Shown here piece after piece: positions 60,693 to 64,000 of a DNA stretch of 64,000 bases. Both the position numbers and the translations under genes were made by a program. The notes under the pieces were generated by a model. The model did no database searches and was not told the DNA's origin. It was given only the letters and a program-made list of their open reading frames with translations. Source of the stretch: Pedobacter sp. (GTDB taxonomy: Bacteria > Desulfobacterota > Desulfuromonadia > Desulfuromonadales > Syntrophotaleaceae); contig JBFWJC010000002.1 in assembly GCA_050253415.1 (NCBI GenBank), positions 384,001 to 448,000 of the forward strand. Reading direction: 5' to 3'. Each line of letters opens with the position of its first letter. Position 1 is the stretch's first letter.

Positions 60693-61253
60693 ATGATAAT
60701 TCAGCAACGACTACAGCTTTGGCAACGCACGGTGGCCGCCGTGACCGCCGAACTCGAGCAGTTGGAGCCGCAGCGACGGGCCTGGATCCAGGATGCCGTC
60801 GCGCGTATCGGGCAGTATCAGACCCAGATGCATGCGCTGTTTCTGGCCGCCGACGGGCCGGCCTTGTGCAGTCAATGCCTCGGTGCCTGTTGCGCATGTG
60901 GCACCCATCATTTCACTCTTGCCAACTTGCTCGCTTATCTGATCGAGGGGATAAACCCGCCGGAGCCTGACTTCGGGCAAACCTGTCCCTTTCTCGGTGC
61001 GTCAGGGTGTCTTCTGCCCGTGTCGCGGCGTCCTTTCAATTGTGTTATCTTCTTGTGTGAAGAGGTTTGGGCCAATCTTACGGAGCCCCAGCAATCCATG
61101 GCGCGGCAGCTTGAGGATGAACTGCGCCGGCAATACCTCGCATTTGATGATTGTTTCGCAGGTGCAAGCCTGCGAGGCCTGTTGATCCGTGCCGAACGGT
61201 TGGGGGGGCTGGCACTTCTGGCGCCACCCGCAGCTTCGGCACGATCGATTTAG
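60693..61253 (+). CDS. Cys-cluster protein (YkgJ/FliB-like putative Zn/Fe-chelating)
   Basis: CSQCLGACCAC..CPFL...GCLL....RPFNC..FLC. Confidence 0.7.
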   Translation: MIIQQRLQLWQRTVAAVTAELEQLEPQRRAWIQDAVARIGQYQTQMHALFLAADGPALCSQCLGACCACGTHHFTLANLLAYLIEGINPPEPDFGQTCPFLGASGCLLPVSRRPFNCVIFLCEEVWANLTEPQQSMARQLEDELRRQYLAFDDCFAGASLRGLLIRAERLGGLALLAPPAASARSI

Positions 61254-61290
61254 CGATGCCTTTATTTTGGATGACGGAGGACGGCAATCC

Positions 61291-62319
61291 ATGGATATCC
61301 ATTTTACGCAACCGAACGGCCGGGTCGATGATCTGGTCGAGGAACTGGTTAAAATTTCCGGGGTGCATCATCCTGGCATCATTCGCGAAATGATTCTCAG
61401 CGCGCTGGCCGCCGGTCAGGAGATCGACTACCTTGCCGATTTGAAGCTGATGCGCACGACCCTCAAGGAAATGAGCTTCACCAACCGCCTGTTCGGAGGC
61501 TACCGACATCGTAAGAAAGTCACCATTTTCGGCTCCGCCCGGACCTCCCCCGACGCTCCGATCTATCAGAAGTGTGTCGATTTTGCCCGCTCGTTGGCCG
61601 ACCATGGTTATATGGTGATTACCGGCGGTGGCGGTGGCATTATGCAGGCTGGCAACGAGGGAGCCGGTGCTGAAAATTCCTTTGCGGTTAATATCCGGCT
61701 GCCCCATGAACAGGAAACCAACCCGGTGATGACCCATAGCCCCAACGTCATCACCTATAAATATTTTTTCAATCGCAAGGTTGCTTTTCTCAAGGAAGCT
61801 TCGGCTGTAGCGCTGTTCCCCGGAGGTTTTGGCACCCTCGACGAGGCGATGGAAACCTTGACGTTGATTCAGACCGGCAAAAATGCGCCGATTCCGCTGG
61901 TGCTCATTGACGATGACGAGGGGGATTACTGGGAGCGGGTGCTGAGTTTCATGAAAGATCCGCTGCTTAAGCGGGGCCTGATATCCGGCGAGGACTTCAG
62001 TCTTTTCTCCATTACCCGCGATCCGGCTGAAGCTGTGGCTATTATCGATGCCTTTTATCGGATCTACCACTCCATGCGGTTCGTCGGAAAAACCCTGGTT
62101 ATTCGCCTGAATAAGCCGATTTCGCGGGAGCAGATCGAGATCCTTGAAGCTGAGTTTCCGGAAATCAAGGAGCCGAATAGCCGACTGCAGCTGACCGGAC
62201 CGCTTCCCAACGAAAAGGACCAGCCGGATCTTCTGCCTCTGCCGCGCTTGACGTTTGAATTCAATCGCCGCAGTTACGGGATGCTGCTGGCATTCATTCG
62301 ACGGCTGAATACCTTTTGA
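61291..62319 (+). CDS. LOG-family Rossmann-fold nucleotide-binding protein
   Basis: TIFGSAR, TGGGGGIM, YFFNRK and PGGFGTLDE motifs. Confidence 0.92.
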   Translation: MDIHFTQPNGRVDDLVEELVKISGVHHPGIIREMILSALAAGQEIDYLADLKLMRTTLKEMSFTNRLFGGYRHRKKVTIFGSARTSPDAPIYQKCVDFARSLADHGYMVITGGGGGIMQAGNEGAGAENSFAVNIRLPHEQETNPVMTHSPNVITYKYFFNRKVAFLKEASAVALFPGGFGTLDEAMETLTLIQTGKNAPIPLVLIDDDEGDYWERVLSFMKDPLLKRGLISGEDFSLFSITRDPAEAVAIIDAFYRIYHSMRFVGKTLVIRLNKPISREQIEILEAEFPEIKEPNSRLQLTGPLPNEKDQPDLLPLPRLTFEFNRRSYGMLLAFIRRLNTF

Positions 62320-62361
62320 GAGACGGTGCATGGCGTGCGGTCGCACAGCCTTGGAAAGGAT

Positions 62362-62877
62362 ATGCCCATGACCAAGAATTCTCACTGCTCCTTTTGTGGC
62401 CACCCCTTTGCCGAGCAGCAATCCTGGCCCCGCACCTGCGGCAACTGCGGGCAGACCAGTTTCGTCAATCCGCTGCCGGTTGTGGTGATGCTGTTGCCGG
62501 TTGAAGGCGGCCTGTTGCAGATTCGCCGCGGTATCGAACCGGGGCTCGGTAAATGGGCTTTTCCCGGCGGCTATGTGAACCTCGGTGAAACCTGGCAGCA
62601 GGCTGGTGCCCGTGAAGTGCTGGAAGAAACCCACGTGGTTATCGAACCCGATGAAATTCGCGAGTTTCGCGTGCGCAGTGCTCCCGATGGCACCCTGCTG
62701 ATATTCGGATTGGCTGCGCCGCGCAGGGCGTCGGAGCTTCCGGATTTTTTGCCGACGGACGAAACCACCGAGCGTGCGGTTCGCTGTGAGCTGAGCGGCA
62801 TGGCGTTTGCGTTGCACGCCGAGGCCGGCCGGGCTTTTTTTAACGACAACGGAGGGCAAGGCTGTTGCCGCTGTTGA
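62362..62877 (+). CDS. NUDIX hydrolase with N-terminal Zn ribbon
   Basis: HCSFCG..CGNCG..NPLPV and WAFPGGYV..GE....AGAREVLEET motifs. Confidence 0.88.
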   Translation: MPMTKNSHCSFCGHPFAEQQSWPRTCGNCGQTSFVNPLPVVVMLLPVEGGLLQIRRGIEPGLGKWAFPGGYVNLGETWQQAGAREVLEETHVVIEPDEIREFRVRSAPDGTLLIFGLAAPRRASELPDFLPTDETTERAVRCELSGMAFALHAEAGRAFFNDNGGQGCCRC

Positions 62878-62910
62878 TAACGACAATCCATTTTTACAAT
62901 TGAGGTTCCC

Positions 62911-64000
62911 ATGGACGAGGACAAGCGCGATTTCGAAGACATCAACGAAGAGGAGGATTTTGCCAATCTCCTGGAACAGAGTCTTGCAGGCATTAAGCCG
63001 CTGACACCCGGACAGCAGATCGAGGCGACGGTGCTGCAGGTCGGGGAACAGTGGATATTTCTCGATGTCGGGCAAAAAGGCGAGGGGGTGCTCGATGCGC
63101 GCGAGTTTCACGACGAGGAAGGCCATCCCACCGTCGCCGCCGGCGATCGCGTCAAGGTGTTTTTTCTCTCGCGGGCCGGAGGCGAATTGCAGTTCACCAC
63201 CCGTGTCGGTGGCGGTTCAGCGGGACACGCCCAACTGGAAGAGGCCTGGCGCAATGGCATCCCGGTGGAAGGTCGTCTCGAAAAAGAAGTCAAAGGTGGC
63301 TACGAAATCCGCCTGCCGGGCAATGTGCGAGCTTTTTGCCCGTTTTCGCAGCTCGGTTTGCGACGCGAAGAAAATGCTGCGGAACTGGCAGGACAGAGTC
63401 TTTCTTTTCAGATCGCCCAGTACAGCGAGCAGGGGCGCAACATTGTGGTGTCGCATCGCGCCGTGCTGGAGGAAGAACGCCGTGCGCAGCGTGACGCCCT
63501 GAAAAAGACCCTCAAAGAAGGCATGGTGGTCAAGGGTACGGTTGCGGCGATTCGCGAGTTTGGCGCCTTTGTCGATATCGGCGGTCTCGAAGGTTTGCTG
63601 CCCATCTCCGAAATCAGCTACGGACGCGTCGAGAATATCGAGGAAGTGCTGCATGTCGGACAGGAACTGCAGGTGGTGGTGAAAAGCTGCGACTGGGAGG
63701 CCGATCGGTTCTCTTTCAGCCTGCGCGATACGCTGGCCGATCCCTGGAGCGAGGTCGCTACCCTTTATGTCGAAGGCTCCACCCATACCGGTACCGTAGC
63801 GCGCCTGGCCAATTTCGGCGCATTCGTGACGCTGGAAGAGGGCATCGACGGACTGATCCATATCTCCAAGCTCGGCGCCGGCCGCCGTGTCAGCCATCCC
63901 CGCGAGGTACTCGAAGTCGGCCAACAGCTGCTGGTAACCGTGGAGCAGGTCGATCGCGAGGCGCGGCGCATTTCATTGGCGCCGGCCGGTGCCGGAGCCG
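62911..64000 (+). CDS. rpsA: Ribosomal protein S1-like multi-S1-domain protein, runs off window end
   Basis: Hand translation from ATG 62911: EEDFANLLEQS..LDVGQKGEG..RAFCPFSQ..FGAFVDIGGLEGLLPISE..FGAFVTLEEGIDGLIHIS; absent from the ORF track because no stop in window. Confidence 0.88.
   Translation, partial: MDEDKRDFEDINEEEDFANLLEQSLAGIKPLTPGQQIEATVLQVGEQWIFLDVGQKGEGVLDAREFHDEEGHPTVAAGDRVKVFFLSRAGGELQFTTRVGGGSAGHAQLEEAWRNGIPVEGRLEKEVKGGYEIRLPGNVRAFCPFSQLGLRREENAAELAGQSLSFQIAQYSEQGRNIVVSHRAVLEEERRAQRDALKKTLKEGMVVKGTVAAIREFGAFVDIGGLEGLLPISEISYGRVENIEEVLHVGQELQVVVKSCDWEADRFSFSLRDTLADPWSEVATLYVEGSTHTGTVARLANFGAFVTLEEGIDGLIHISKLGAGRRVSHPREVLEVGQQLLVTVEQVDREARRISLAPAGAGA

Noticed and set aside
61078..63126. 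682-aa minus-strand ORF and other long antisense ORFs (e.g. 54332-55660, 52668-53927, 47298-48548, 56773-57999)
   Set aside because: They lie opposite well-supported genes and show no recognisable motifs; they are expected shadow frames in GC-rich coding DNA.

Overview
This 64-kb window is bacterial chromosome of moderately high GC. Gene content and order resemble an anaerobic Desulfuromonadales member (Syntrophotalea/Pelobacter/Geobacter-like); that taxon call is inference. Most of it is housekeeping: the end of an MSHA-type pilus operon, proC, cpoB-lysM-dprA-smg-topA-trmFO-maf-yggS, rho-rpmE-thyX-prfA-prmC-murA-his operon, yqeY-cvpA-mutS2-dnaG-rpoD, a tRNA(CAU), rnpB and an S1 paralogue. 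The best lead is a three-gene minus-strand operon (32185-35599). It pairs a cytoplasmic acetylene-hydratase-like Mo/W-bisPGD enzyme that lacks the hydratase catalytic Asp with a methyltransferase matching, motif by motif, the OvoA C-terminal thiohistidine N-methyltransferase. This is a candidate O2-independent ovothiol-type pathway. Other notable items: nested 9-mer-unit inverted-repeat elements, including an 84-bp inverted duplicate 12.3 kb apart; a sigma54-controlled lipid/envelope remodelling cluster with a visible promoter and enhancer-like sites; and a HisIE protein whose HisI domain has lost its catalytic motifs. All family calls come from motif recognition by eye; no database searches were run.
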